A stretch of 64,000 bases of DNA from Mytilus californianus (taxonomy: Eukaryota), in assembly GCF_021869535.1 (NCBI RefSeq), contig NW_026262679.1:92647982-92711981 (forward strand). Reading direction: 5' to 3'. Of the stretch, positions 14,451-25,179 are shown one piece after another. Each line of letters starts with the position of its first letter. The first letter of the stretch is position 1. The position numbers and the translations under genes were made by a program. A model generated the notes under the pieces. That model had not been told where the DNA came from. It ran no database searches and saw nothing but the letters and a program-made list of their open reading frames with translations.

Positions 14451-15065
14451 ATCCACCAGAGCGCCAATAAAAAAAGTATACAAACATTGTGAAACGATTT
14501 TTTAGTCAGTTTAAAGCACCGACCATTCATTATTTTTAGGAGTTGATTCTTACTTTTGTTTTAGGTAATTTTATATTAGAGTCGAGAACAATTGTTTGTC
14601 CTAAGACTCCCCCTCACATAAAAAAACACGAATTTTGTTTGTCTTTTTTTGTTTTTATCGGATGAGTCGTTATTGAGAAAGTAGGTAATTAAGTAACATC
14701 TGATAAGAAGGTATCCCAGTTAGCTGTTTTTCTGCTTGAAACTAATCTTTCAAAGTCACCTTGCTCTATCACCGAATTTCTGCTTACCATGAGCAACATG
14801 ACGTGTGCCACTAGACGAGCAGGATCTATTAACCCTTTCAGAGCACCTGATATTACACCCAGTTTTGTTGGGTTCGTGTTGCTCAGTCGTTTGATGAAGT
14901 TTACTAGAGTTGTTTGCCTTTTAGTCGTCTTTCGTTCTTTGTCATGGCCTTGTCAGTTTTCTTCCACTTATGAATTTTGAATATCCCTTGGAAATATCCG
15001 CCTCTTTTTTGGTTTATGTAACTTGTATCTCTTTTCTTCTGTCTCATCTGGATTTTTTTTTTACA

Positions 15066-18000
15066 TAATAAAATTGAGAATGGAAATGGGGAATGTGTCA
15101 AAGAGACAACAACCCGACCACAGAACAGACAACAGCAGAAGGCCACCAACAGGTCTTCAATGCAGCGAGAAATTCCCGCACCCGGAGGCGTCCTTCAGCT
15201 GGCCCCTAAACAAATATATATACTAGTTCAGTGATAATGAACGTCATACTAAACTCCAAATTGTACACAAGAAACTAAAATTAAAAATAATACAAGACTA
15301 ACAAAGGCTAGAGGCTCCTGACTTGGGACAGGCGCAAAAATGCGGCGGGGTTAAACATGTTTATGAGATCTCAACCCTCCCCCTATACCTCTAGCCAATG
15401 TAGAAAAGTAAACGCATAACAATACGCACATTAAAATTCAGTTCAAGAGAAGTCCGAGTCTGATGTCAGAAGATGTAACCAAAGAAAATAAACAAAATGA
15501 CAATAATACATAAATAACAACAGACTACTAGCAGTTAACTGACATGCCAGCTCCAGACTTCAATTAAACTGATTGAAAGATTATGTCTTCATCATATGAA
15601 TATCAGGCACAATCCTTCCCGTTAGGGGTTTAGTATCATACCATCATAACATATATGAGAAGAACATAACCCGTGTCATGCCAACAACTGGTTTTTAAAT
15701 AAATGTGTTTAGTGCAGATGCAAAGACCTTATAAGTGAATCAATATCAACGCCAAAATATGCAATCTTTAATGACCTGACAACAGTATCGTAACTATATC
15801 CCTTCTTAATAAGTCTATTTAAAGGTTTTGTTAGTTTCAGAGGTGAATACTGACATTTTTGTGCTTTATAAAGAATATTTCCATAAAAAATTGGATGTGA
15901 AATACCTGAACGTATAAGAAGTCTGCATGTTGAGCTATATTTACGAATGATGTCCTTATACCGATGATAAAATTTAGTAAATGTTTTGACTAGTTTGTGA
16001 TATCGAAAACCCTGGTGTTATAATTTTTCAGTAATACATACATTTCTCTCGTTAAAATCTAAAACATTGTTACATACACGAGCGAATCGTACAAGTTGAG
16101 ATATATAAACACCGTAAGATGGTGACAAGGGAACGTCACCATCTAAAAATGGATAATTAACGATAGGAAATGAAAAATCATCTCTTTTATCATATATTTT
16201 AGTATTAAGCTTTCCGTTAATGATATAGATATCAAGATCGAGGAAAGGGCAGTGGTCATTGTTAGTATTAGCTTTATTTAAAGTAAGTTCAACAGGATAA
16301 ATTTCTTTAGTATACATACTGAAGTCGTCATTATTGAGAGCCAAAATATCATCCAAATATCTAAAAGTATTATTAAATTTGTGTATCAGATGTTGTTTCG
16401 ATGGGTCTTTACTGATTTTTGTCATAAATTGTAACTCATAGCAATACAAAAAAAGGTCCGCAATAAGTGGTGCACAGTTAGTCCCCATTGGAATTCCGAT
16501 AACCTGACGATATACGGAATCTCCAAAGCGAACAAAAATGTTATCTAGTAAAAATTCAAGGGCATATATAGTATCAAAGCATGTCCAATTGACATAGTTT
16601 TTTTGTTTATTGCTACTAAAAAATGACCTAAAAGAGTTTGAACATATATATTCACATTCTGACTTTTTAAATGCCCATTTAATTAGGTGTGTGAATTTTT
16701 TCTTAATGAGAATGTGAGGCAATGTGGTATATAGGGTAGAAAAATCAAAACTTTGAACAGATTCAAAATCACCAATATATGCATGCAATTTATCAAGTAC
16801 TTCCAACGAGTTTTTGACACTCCAAAAGTAATTAATTCCACTATTTTCGAAGGCCTTATTTGAACAATTTATTATCAGGTTTTTGATTGTACCAAGTGTA
16901 CTGGTAAGAAGAATAGACAATTTAGTAGTGGAACAATGGCTTGAAGACGAAATGAATCTATATTTGTAAGGTGTTTTGTGTAGCTTCGGAAGCCAATACA
17001 TAGTTGGGACTTTCATTGTATTTGGTTCTGCTTGTAAAGCGGTAGCTAAAAGTTTATGTTTGTTACAGATGTCGTTTTCTGAAAATGGAGTCAGTTGGAA
17101 TGTTGGTGAATTGGTGATTTCTTTTTTCAGAACCTCAATGTAAAATTTACGTCAAACAATAATAATATTATTAGCAGCTTTATCGGCCGGGACAAAAACA
17201 AATTCCTTGGCTAGTTCTTTTAGTTTATGTTTGATACGAGAAATAGGTTTATTGTGGTTATTGTTAAGAGTAAAATGTTCTTTAAAATGTTGAATACGTA
17301 TATCAACTATGTTCATTACTGATTTAAAAAAAGAGTCCAAAGATTTTTTGTCAGCTTTTTCCCGTTTTATCCATTTCAAACAGTAAGTATGGAGTGAGTC
17401 GTGGATGATATTACGACACTCATTCCAATTAATAATTGACGGGGGACGATATTTAGGTCCTTTACTGAGGAATGATTTTAACTCTCGGTCTTGAACGATG
17501 TTAAGATCTCCTGTTATAACATGGGAAATGGGTCCATAAATGTATTCGGAATTACTGCAATTACATGAAGTAGGTGTATTTTCACTGATATTAACATCTT
17601 TACACAATTGGCTATAATTAAACACAAATTTCCGGGTAGATTTCTTGTAAATATAACAAATAAGAGGGAGCTCAGTATTATCAAAATATCCCGGAATTTG
17701 TTCTTTAACAGAATGGTCGTTAAAAATACCGGCAATATTTACAAAATCAAAACCTTTATTGACATACTTTATTTTAATAAACTGTTTTTTATGATCTTCA
17801 GGGCGATCAATTTTGGGAAACAGTTTAGAATAACAATATGCCATTATAATTTGAACGATTTCATACTTAGGACTGCTATATGAAATTGTGTTGCAATCCT
17901 CTAAAATTTTATTTAACTTATTAACCGGTAATGAACAGAGCTTTGTTAACAGATAATGTCTGCCGTTGTTTTTTGAAATAGAAATTAGGTCCGAAATATT

Positions 18001-19087
18001 GGTATGATTGGTCCGAAATTTTCTTTGATTGCGATTTTTTCTACGACCATGAGAACGGTTTTTACGAACAGTTTTAGAAACTATATCCAAAATGTTAACA
18101 GAATCGGTTCTTGATATATTACCAATTCCCATGATATTATCATTAAGACCGAGAGGGTAGACAGTCTGTAATTTTTTAATCCAATTTAATTCAATTATTT
18201 TCCGCGATCGTACAAACTTTGAATGAGATTCACCAGGCTGCTTATTTACTACTTCTAAAGGTTGAACTGCTAAATATTTAATAGGATGATTGTGCTTCTT
18301 AAGGTGTTGATAAATGATACTTTTGAATTTATTGGGTCTTTTAAAACGATACAGATGTTCTTGAGTGCGTTTAGATAAATATCGTCCAGTTTCACCTACG
18401 TACTGAATACCGCATCCCGGTTTGTTTCATGTGAGTAAATAAATTATACTGTTTGTTTTTCAAGTTATATCAGTTTCAAAATTTAAAGAAAATGTGCGAC
18501 CATTAAACGTGGACCTTACCGTATTGTTGGTGGAAAGACGGGGACATGTAAGTCATTTTTTGGCATGACACTTATCGATAGAAGGGTAACCACGATTTTT
18601 ATTGTTAAAAATGTTAGCGATGGTAGTATTTTTAGATAAGCGATTTTGAAGATTGAGACGTGTAGATACCCTTTGAACGAGTTTAGTATTTAATATTTTT
18701 CCATTTCTAAGCTTCATATTTGTTTTTTGTTTGTGAATTATATTAGAAAGGAGCAAAGACTGGCGTCCAGAATATGAACCAGCATACAATGAATTAAATT
18801 ATGTAAAAATGATAAATCTGTTCGGCTAAAGATGTCAAACGCTATCCGTATTAATTACCCGAAAAAGAAAGGGTATATTAGGGTAGCGACTGACGTCTGA
18901 CTAAATAGTAGAATGGGGCTGAATATTGAAATACTACTTTTTGATAAATATTCCTAAAGTAATGAACTAGAGAAGTTCTCGCTCGGACACACACTCCATA
19001 ATCTAGTATATTATAAGAGCATAAACCTGAAGCACGGGGAGGCACTCTACTGTCTCCACACGGCACTAAAGACAAACTCTGTAAAAA
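15066..19087 (-). mobile_element. Full-length Penelope-like retroelement (copy A1), permuted domain order: N-terminal GIY-YIG EN - CxC linker - RT (Naiad-like)
   Basis: It is ~4.0 kb. On the minus strand it holds a ~300-nt 5'UTR, one long reading frame from 18789 to 16018 and a ~640-nt 3'UTR. It abuts the 3' end of the truncated copy A2 at 19087/19088 and is ~99% identical to A2 over 3 kb. The 3' flank is a T/A homopolymer (15050-15060). Confidence 0.85.
16018..18789 (-). CDS. PLE polyprotein: GIY-YIG endonuclease + CxC linker + reverse transcriptase; single frame containing 4 in-frame TGA codons (candidate selenocysteine codons); truncated in this copy by a TTA>TAA change at 16018-16020
   Basis: ORF-track entries 18553..18789, 17152..18132 and 16018..17016 are all in the same frame, with every start coordinate divisible by 3. 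They are separated only by TGA at 18555-18553, 18462-18460, 18429-18427 and 17154-17152; no TAA or TAG occurs in 923 codons. The GIY-YIG domain reads 'IIYLLT*NKPGCGIQYVGETGRYLSKRTQEH...IIELNWIKKLQTVYPLGLND' (18456-18130). The linker carries the CxC motif 'TSCNCS', then 'VPADKAANNIIIV*RKFY'. The RT reads 'YWLPKLHK...YRFISS', 'YRQVIGIPMGTNCAPLIADLFL' and 'FRYLDDILAL'. The first start-like codon is TTG at 18789; the first in-frame ATG is at 18717. Confidence 0.8.
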
Positions 19088-22000
19088 ATAAAATTGAGAA
19101 TGGAAATGGGGAATGTGTCAAAGAGACAACAACCCGACCACAGAACAGACAACAGCAGAAGGCCACCAACAGGTCTTCAATGCAGCGAGAAATTCCCGCA
19201 CCCGGAGGCGTCCTTCAGCTGGCCCCTAAACAAATATATATACTAGTTCAGTGATAATGAACGTCATACTAAACTCCAAATTGTACACAAGAAACTAAAA
19301 TTAAAAATAATACAAGACTAACAAAGGCTAGAGGCTCCTGACTTGGGACAGGCGCAAAAATGCGGCGGGGTTAAACATGTTTATGAGATCTCAACCCTCC
19401 CCCTATACCTCTAGCCAATGTAGAAAAGTAAACGCATAACAATACGCACATTAAAATTCAGTTCAAGAGAAGTCCGAGTCTGATGTCAGAAGATGTAACC
19501 AAAGAAAATAAACAAAATGACAATAATACATAAATAACAACAGACTACTAGCAGTTAACTGACATGCCAGCTCCAGACTTCAATTAAACTGATTGAAAGA
19601 TTATGTCTTCATCATATGAATATCAGGCACAATCCTTCCCGTTAGGGGTTTAGTATCATACCATCATAACATATATGAGAAGAACATAACCCGTGTCATG
19701 CCAACAACTGGTTTTTAAATAAATGTGTTTAGTGCAGATGCAAAGACCTTATAAGTGAATCAATATCAACGCCAAAATATGCAATCTTTAATGACCTGAC
19801 AACAGTATCGTAACTATATCCCTTCTTAATAAGTCTATTTAAAGGTTTTGTTAGTTTCAGAGGTGAATACTGACATTTTTGTGCTTTATAAAGAATATTT
19901 CCATAAAAAATTGGATGTGAAATACCTGAACGTATAAGAAGTCTGCATGTTGAGCTATATTTACGAATGATGTCCTTATACCGATGATAAAATTTAGTAA
20001 ATGTTTTGACTAGTTTGTGATATCGAAAACCCTGGTGTAATAATTTTTCAGTAATACATACATTTCTCTCGTTAAAATCTAAAACATTGTTACATACACG
20101 AGCGAATCGTACAAGTTGAGATATATAAACACCGTAAGATGGTGACAAGGGAACGTCACCATCTAAAAATGGATAATTAACGATAGGAAATGAAAAATCA
20201 TCTCTTTTATCATATATTTTAGTATAAAGCTTTCCGTTAATGATATAGATATCAAGATCGAGGAAAGGGCAGTGGTCATTGTTAGTATTAGCTTTATTTA
20301 AAGTAAGTTCAACAGGATAAATTTCTTTAGTATACATACTGAAGTCGTCATTATTGAGAGCCAAAATATCATCCAAATATCTAAAAGTATTATTAAATTT
20401 GTGTATCAGATGTTGTTTCGATGGGTCTTTACTGATTTTTGTCATAAATTGTAACTCATAGCAATACAAAAAAAGGTCCGCAATAAGTGGTGCACAGTTA
20501 GTCCCCATTGGAATTCCGATAACCTGACGATATACGGAATCTCCAAAGCGAACAAAAATGTTATCTAGTAAAAATTCAAGGGCATATATAGTATCAAAGC
20601 ATGTCCAATTGACATAGTTTTTTTGTTTATTGCTACTAAAAAATGACCTAAAAGAGTTTGAACATATATATTCACATTCTGACTTTTTAAATGCCCATTT
20701 AATTAGGTGTGTGAATTTTTTCTTAATGAGAATGTGAGGCAATGTGGTATATAGGGTAGAAAAATCAAAACTTTGAACAGATTCAAAATCACCAATATAT
20801 GCATGCAATTTATCAAGTACTTCCAACGAGTTTTTGACACTCCAAAAGTAATTAATTCCACTATTTTCGAAGGCCTTATTTGAACAATTTATTATCAGGT
20901 TTTTGATTGTACCAAGTGTACTGGTAAGAAGAATAGACAATTTAGTAGTGGAACAATGGCTTGAAGACGAAATGAATCTATATTTGTAAGGTGTTTTGTG
21001 TAGCTTCGGAAGCCAATACATAGTTGGGACTTTCATTGTATTTGGTTCTGCTTGTAAAGCGGTAGCTAAAAGTTTATGTTTGTTACAGATGTCGTTTTCT
21101 GAAAATGGAGTCAGTTGGAATGTTGGTGAATTGGTGATTTCTTTTTTCAGAACCTCAATGTAAAATTTACGTCAAACAATAATAATATTATTAGCAGCTT
21201 TATCGGCCGGGACAAAAACAAATTCCTTGGCTAGTTCTTTTAGTTTATGTTTGATACGAGAAATAGGTTTATTGTGGTTATTGTTAAGAGTAAAATGTTC
21301 TTTAAAATGTTGAATACGTATATCAACTATGTTCATTACTGATTTAAAAAAAGAGTCCAAAGATTTTTTGTTAGCTTTTTCCCGTTTTATCCATTTCAAA
21401 CAGTAAGTATGGAGTGAGTCGTGGATGATATTACGACACTCATTCCAATTAATAATTGACGGGGGACGATATTTAGGTCCTTTACTGAGGAATGATTTTA
21501 ACTCTCGGTCTTGAACGATGTTAAGATCTCCTGTTATAACATGGGAAATGGGTCCATAAATGTATTCGGAATTACTGCAATTACATGAAGTAGGTGTATT
21601 TTCACTGATATTAACATCTTTACACAATTGGCTATAATTAAACACAAATTTCCGGGTAGATTTCTTGTAAATATAACAAATAAGAGGGAGCTCAGTATTA
21701 TCAAAATATCCCGGAATTTGTTCTTTAACAGAATGGTCGTTAAAAATACCGGCAATATTTACAAAATCAAAACCTTTATTGACATACTTTATTTTAATAA
21801 ACTGTTTTTTATGATCTTCAGGGCGATCAATTTTGGGAAACAGTTTAGAATAACAATATGCCATTATAATTTGAACGATTTCATACTTAGGACTGCTATA
21901 TGAAATTGTGTTGCAATCCTCTAAAATTTTATTTAACTTATTAACCGGTAATGAACAGAGCTTTGTTAACAGATAATGTCTGCCGTTGTTTTTTGAAATA

Positions 22001-22117
22001 GAAATTAGGTCCGAAATATTGGTATGATTGGTCCGAAATTTTCTTTGATTGCGATTTTTTCTACGACCATGAGAACGGTTTTTACGAACAGTTTTAGAAA
22101 CTATATCCAAAATGTTA
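19088..22117 (-). mobile_element. 5'-truncated PLE copy (A2) directly upstream, in element orientation, of full-length A1: pseudo-LTR tandem arrangement
   Basis: Homology to A1 (offset ~4020) runs from the element 3' end at 19088 up to 22117. There the sequence diverges ('aacagaat|aagactag' versus A1 'aacagaat|cggttcttga'), so the EN domain and the first three TGA sites are missing. Confidence 0.85.
19729..22110 (-). CDS. Linker + RT portion of PLE polyprotein (copy A2), continuous frame with one in-frame TGA (21174-21172); intact RT C-terminus ending at TAA 19731-19729
   Basis: ORFs 21172..22110 and 19729..21036 share one frame. The 435-aa RT ORF keeps 'ITEKLLHQGFRYHKL...' where A1 has a stop. 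Confidence 0.75.
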
Positions 22118-23346
22118 ACAGAATAAGACTAGATATTAATTGATTAAAATTTAAATCTTTATTTTGTCATGATCCATGTGAAGAGATTTTTATTCATGTT
22201 TCTCAGGTTTGGAAACTTTGGAAACTTTTGAAATAAATTTTATAAGAGTTATAATCTTGGTGAATTATAAAGACTACAATCTAGAACAAATTCAATTTAG
22301 TTATGCGACCAATGTTAACATATAGCTTTCACATGTGGACAGCACCAAGCTAAAGTTTTCCCGAGACACTATTTAGTTTGCGTTCTTGTCTCCCAGTTTC
22401 TATCCTGTGGTTACTAAACCTAAATTAAGTACAAATTCTTCGTTTGTAAACATTGATAATTTTTAAGTGACTCTCAAAATTGAATAAATTTTGGTTAGTA
22501 GATTGTTCCATGAACATGTTTACACAGGTAGTAAACACTCACTCACTAGCTATACAGTAAATATGGTGTCCGGTTGAGATTGTGTTTTTTTTGGAGTGAA
22601 TCGTTCCACTTTTTCGAAAGCAGACCTTGTTTTTTCGAGTGAAATTACATATGATAAAATCAATTTACTTTTATTCCGCAAGTATATCACTTTTATTCAA
22701 TACTTGCCAACTTATTTTTAATAATATTCAAGTTTTGAACATTAACTACGCATAATTGTCCCCTATTTCATTTAAAAATACCGAAAATAGTACTAAAATG
22801 GTAAGAAAATTAAATCATTGTCAATTACAAAAAGATAACAAGACACATGCTGTAAATTGTTAATTTTTTAAATCATAGTTTGATGGTCCGACCTTAGCAA
22901 CTTTTGAATAACTGCAATAAAAGCGCTGTCTCTTTAATATATTGGTAATTCTCTAGTATTTGATGATATTTTTGTCTGGTGAACTTCCTCTTTTAAATGG
23001 ATTAGATATCCAGAAAGATATCCATTGTTTGAGCAACAATAAAAAAAATAACCGCTGGATAGCTATCCAATGGATAGACTGTTTATCCATTGGATAGGCT
23101 ATCCAGTGGATAACTTTATCCAACGTTTTGAGCAACTCAGTCCAGGACACCATCTGGTAAGAATATATGGTCATTTTCATGAGTGTAATGGCATACGAAT
23201 AAATGTTATAAAGCTTACACCAAAGGAATTTTAAGGTTAAGGTTATTTCTTGTTTTTATAACAATATTAACGAAGATATCAGAAGAGACTATTTGGTTTT
23301 CAAGAAATTGCTAATAGGTGTTAAAGAGTTATTTGAAAAAAGGTAA

Positions 23347-24210
23347 ATGCCAATTAGTAAATTACATAATAGTTATAACGAGTGTGATACTATATCATTT
23401 TTCAGTCCAAAATATGAGTGTACACGCATTATTACAGCTTTTTGTCACCATAGACTGTTTCCTCAAACTGACAAACCTGAAGATCATAAAAAGTATTTTC
23501 TAAAAATAAAATACATTAACAGATGTATTGATTTCATTAATTTGTCTAGTATTTTTCATGACTCTACTGTTCAAAACTTTATACCTCCATATCTTGATAA
23601 CATTGAGCCACCTATAATTTCTTATTCGTATAAAAAAAAGAACAGTAGAAGTTTAAATTTTAATTATACGTCAGTTACATCAGACGTCAGTATAGAAAAT
23701 AATGCTCCTTCAACATGAGACTGTGAAACATCGACTGAGTTTAGATATGATCCCTATGGCCATGTAATTACAGGGGACCTCAACATAGTTCAAGACCGAG
23801 AGGTTATAAACTTTCTGAAAAAAGGACCAAAATATCGTCCACCGTCGAAAATAAATTGGAAAGAGTGTCGTCAGGTTATTATAGATGCTCTTTCATCCTA
23901 CTGTAAAAAAAATGGTGTAAACGGGAGAAATATGACAAAAGGTCACTTGAATCCTATTTAAATAAATGTCTGAATATTGTTGATATTCGCATACCACGTT
24001 TCGAAAATAATTTAGAAATAAATAAAAGAAAGTAATACGCCCATTTCTAGGATTAAATTCAAGTACTCTTAAAGCGTTTTGTGTTCGTACCGGCCGACAA
24101 AGCAGCCAACACTGTGATGATGGTATGACGTAAATACTACACAGAAGTCCTTAAGAATGAAATTATACATTTAGCTACATAAAATTAAATAAATAAATAA
24201 TCTTTATTTC
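23347..24210 (+). pseudogene. Element B linker-domain remnant; TGA at 23716-23718 aligns with first Cys of the CxC motif of A1, TGA at 24126-24128 aligns with the A1 TGA at 17154-17152
   Basis: B reads '...NNAPST*DCETSTEFRYDPYGHVITGDL' where A1 reads '...ENTPTSCNCSNSEYIYGPISHVITGDL'. B reads 'PADKAANTVMMV*RKYYTEVL' where A1 reads 'PADKAANNIIIV*RKFYIEVL'. The flanking nucleotides have diverged but the TGA is retained. A frameshift lies between the two blocks. Confidence 0.6.
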
Positions 24211-25175
24211 AAGAGGATAATCCCATTAGTGAAAACTAATCTTCCTGAGAGTCCTCAAAATAATAATAACATATTTATAAAGTGCATTCAATATTATAAT
24301 GATATATGCACAATATACAATTTTATATAGATATTAATGAAAAAGCATATTAATTTGCACAATTTATGAAAACATTTGTAACATTTTGTTTTAAAAGATA
24401 CAAGTGTATTACTCATCTTTATTTCATTTGGTAAACTGTTCCATATTTGAGAACCAGAATATATAAATGTTTTCTTAAAAAAAAAATGTTTTTGGCTTTC
24501 GAAGATGTAATAGCTTTTCATCAGCTGAACGTGAATTATAATTTTGATTATCAGTAAAATGAATGTTTTCTTGTAAATAGTTAGGAACCATATCCTTTAA
24601 TGATTTAAATACAAGTATTGCCTTTTGATATTGAATTCGTTTTTCCACATTTAACCATTTTAAACTATTAAACAATACACTGGAAGATGTCATTATGTCA
24701 GCTTCTACTATAACCATAGCAGATTTCTTTAATAACTTATTAAGTTTGTTTATTCCACTTTCATATCAACAACCCCATATATTGCAACAATAATCAAACA
24801 ATGGCAGATTATAAGCATTAGAATAAATGATACGTTTATGCATAGGTAAATACTTTCTTATCTTTTGTAATAAGTTGATTCTATTTGATATTGTACATGA
24901 CATTTTATCTATTTGCTCATTCCAATTTAGGTTTTTGTCGATACATAAACCAAGAAGTTTTTCACAATCTACATTCTCTATTTGTTCATCTGAAATATTG
25001 ATATCTAAACTGTTCCCAGTTGAATAAAGCCTTTCTTTTGAACCAATTATCGTTGATTTACATTTTTTGGCATTTAGTTAAATATTAAGTATTAGTTCAA
25101 GGCCGTACGCTCCACAGAGAGTCATATAGTAAATAATCATGTCACTACCACAGCTCAGCTTAAGGCCTCCTTTGA
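24185..25175 (-). mobile_element. CR1/L2-like LINE 3' fragment (RT C-terminal region + conserved C-terminal tail) nested inside PLE element B
   Basis: The minus-strand translation reads '...VDCEKLLGLCIDKNLNWNEQIDKMSCTISNRINLLQKIRKYLPMHKRIIYSNAYNLPLFDYCCNIWG...', then '...SVLFNSLKWLNVEKRIQYQKAILVFKSLKDMVPNYLQENI...R...KTFIYSGSQIWNSLPNEIKMSNTLVSFKTKCYKCF'. It splits B between 'RKYYTEVLKNEI' (24170) and 'MYWLPKLH' (25190). Confidence 0.65.
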
Positions 25176-25179
25176 ACAT

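Noticed and set aside
14904-15226. ORFs 14904..15149(-) and 15023..15226(+)
   Set aside because: - They lie in the PLE 3'UTR or flank.
- They overlap each other on opposite strands and are duplicated with the repeat.
15066-15708. Attempted to locate a SECIS element by eye in the A1 3'UTR (AUGA...AA...GA candidates at minus-strand positions corresponding to ~15636-15647, ~15590-15545 and ~15240-15215)
   Set aside because: - None of the candidates gave a convincing helix II of 9-12 bp with correctly placed unpaired AA.
- A SECIS may still be present, but it needs a covariance-model search. I therefore do not annotate one.
17514-17883. Overlapping ORFs 17514..17735(-) and 17608..17883(+) (and their copies at 21534..21903)
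   Set aside because: - These are alternative-frame or antisense ORFs inside the PLE polyprotein coding region.
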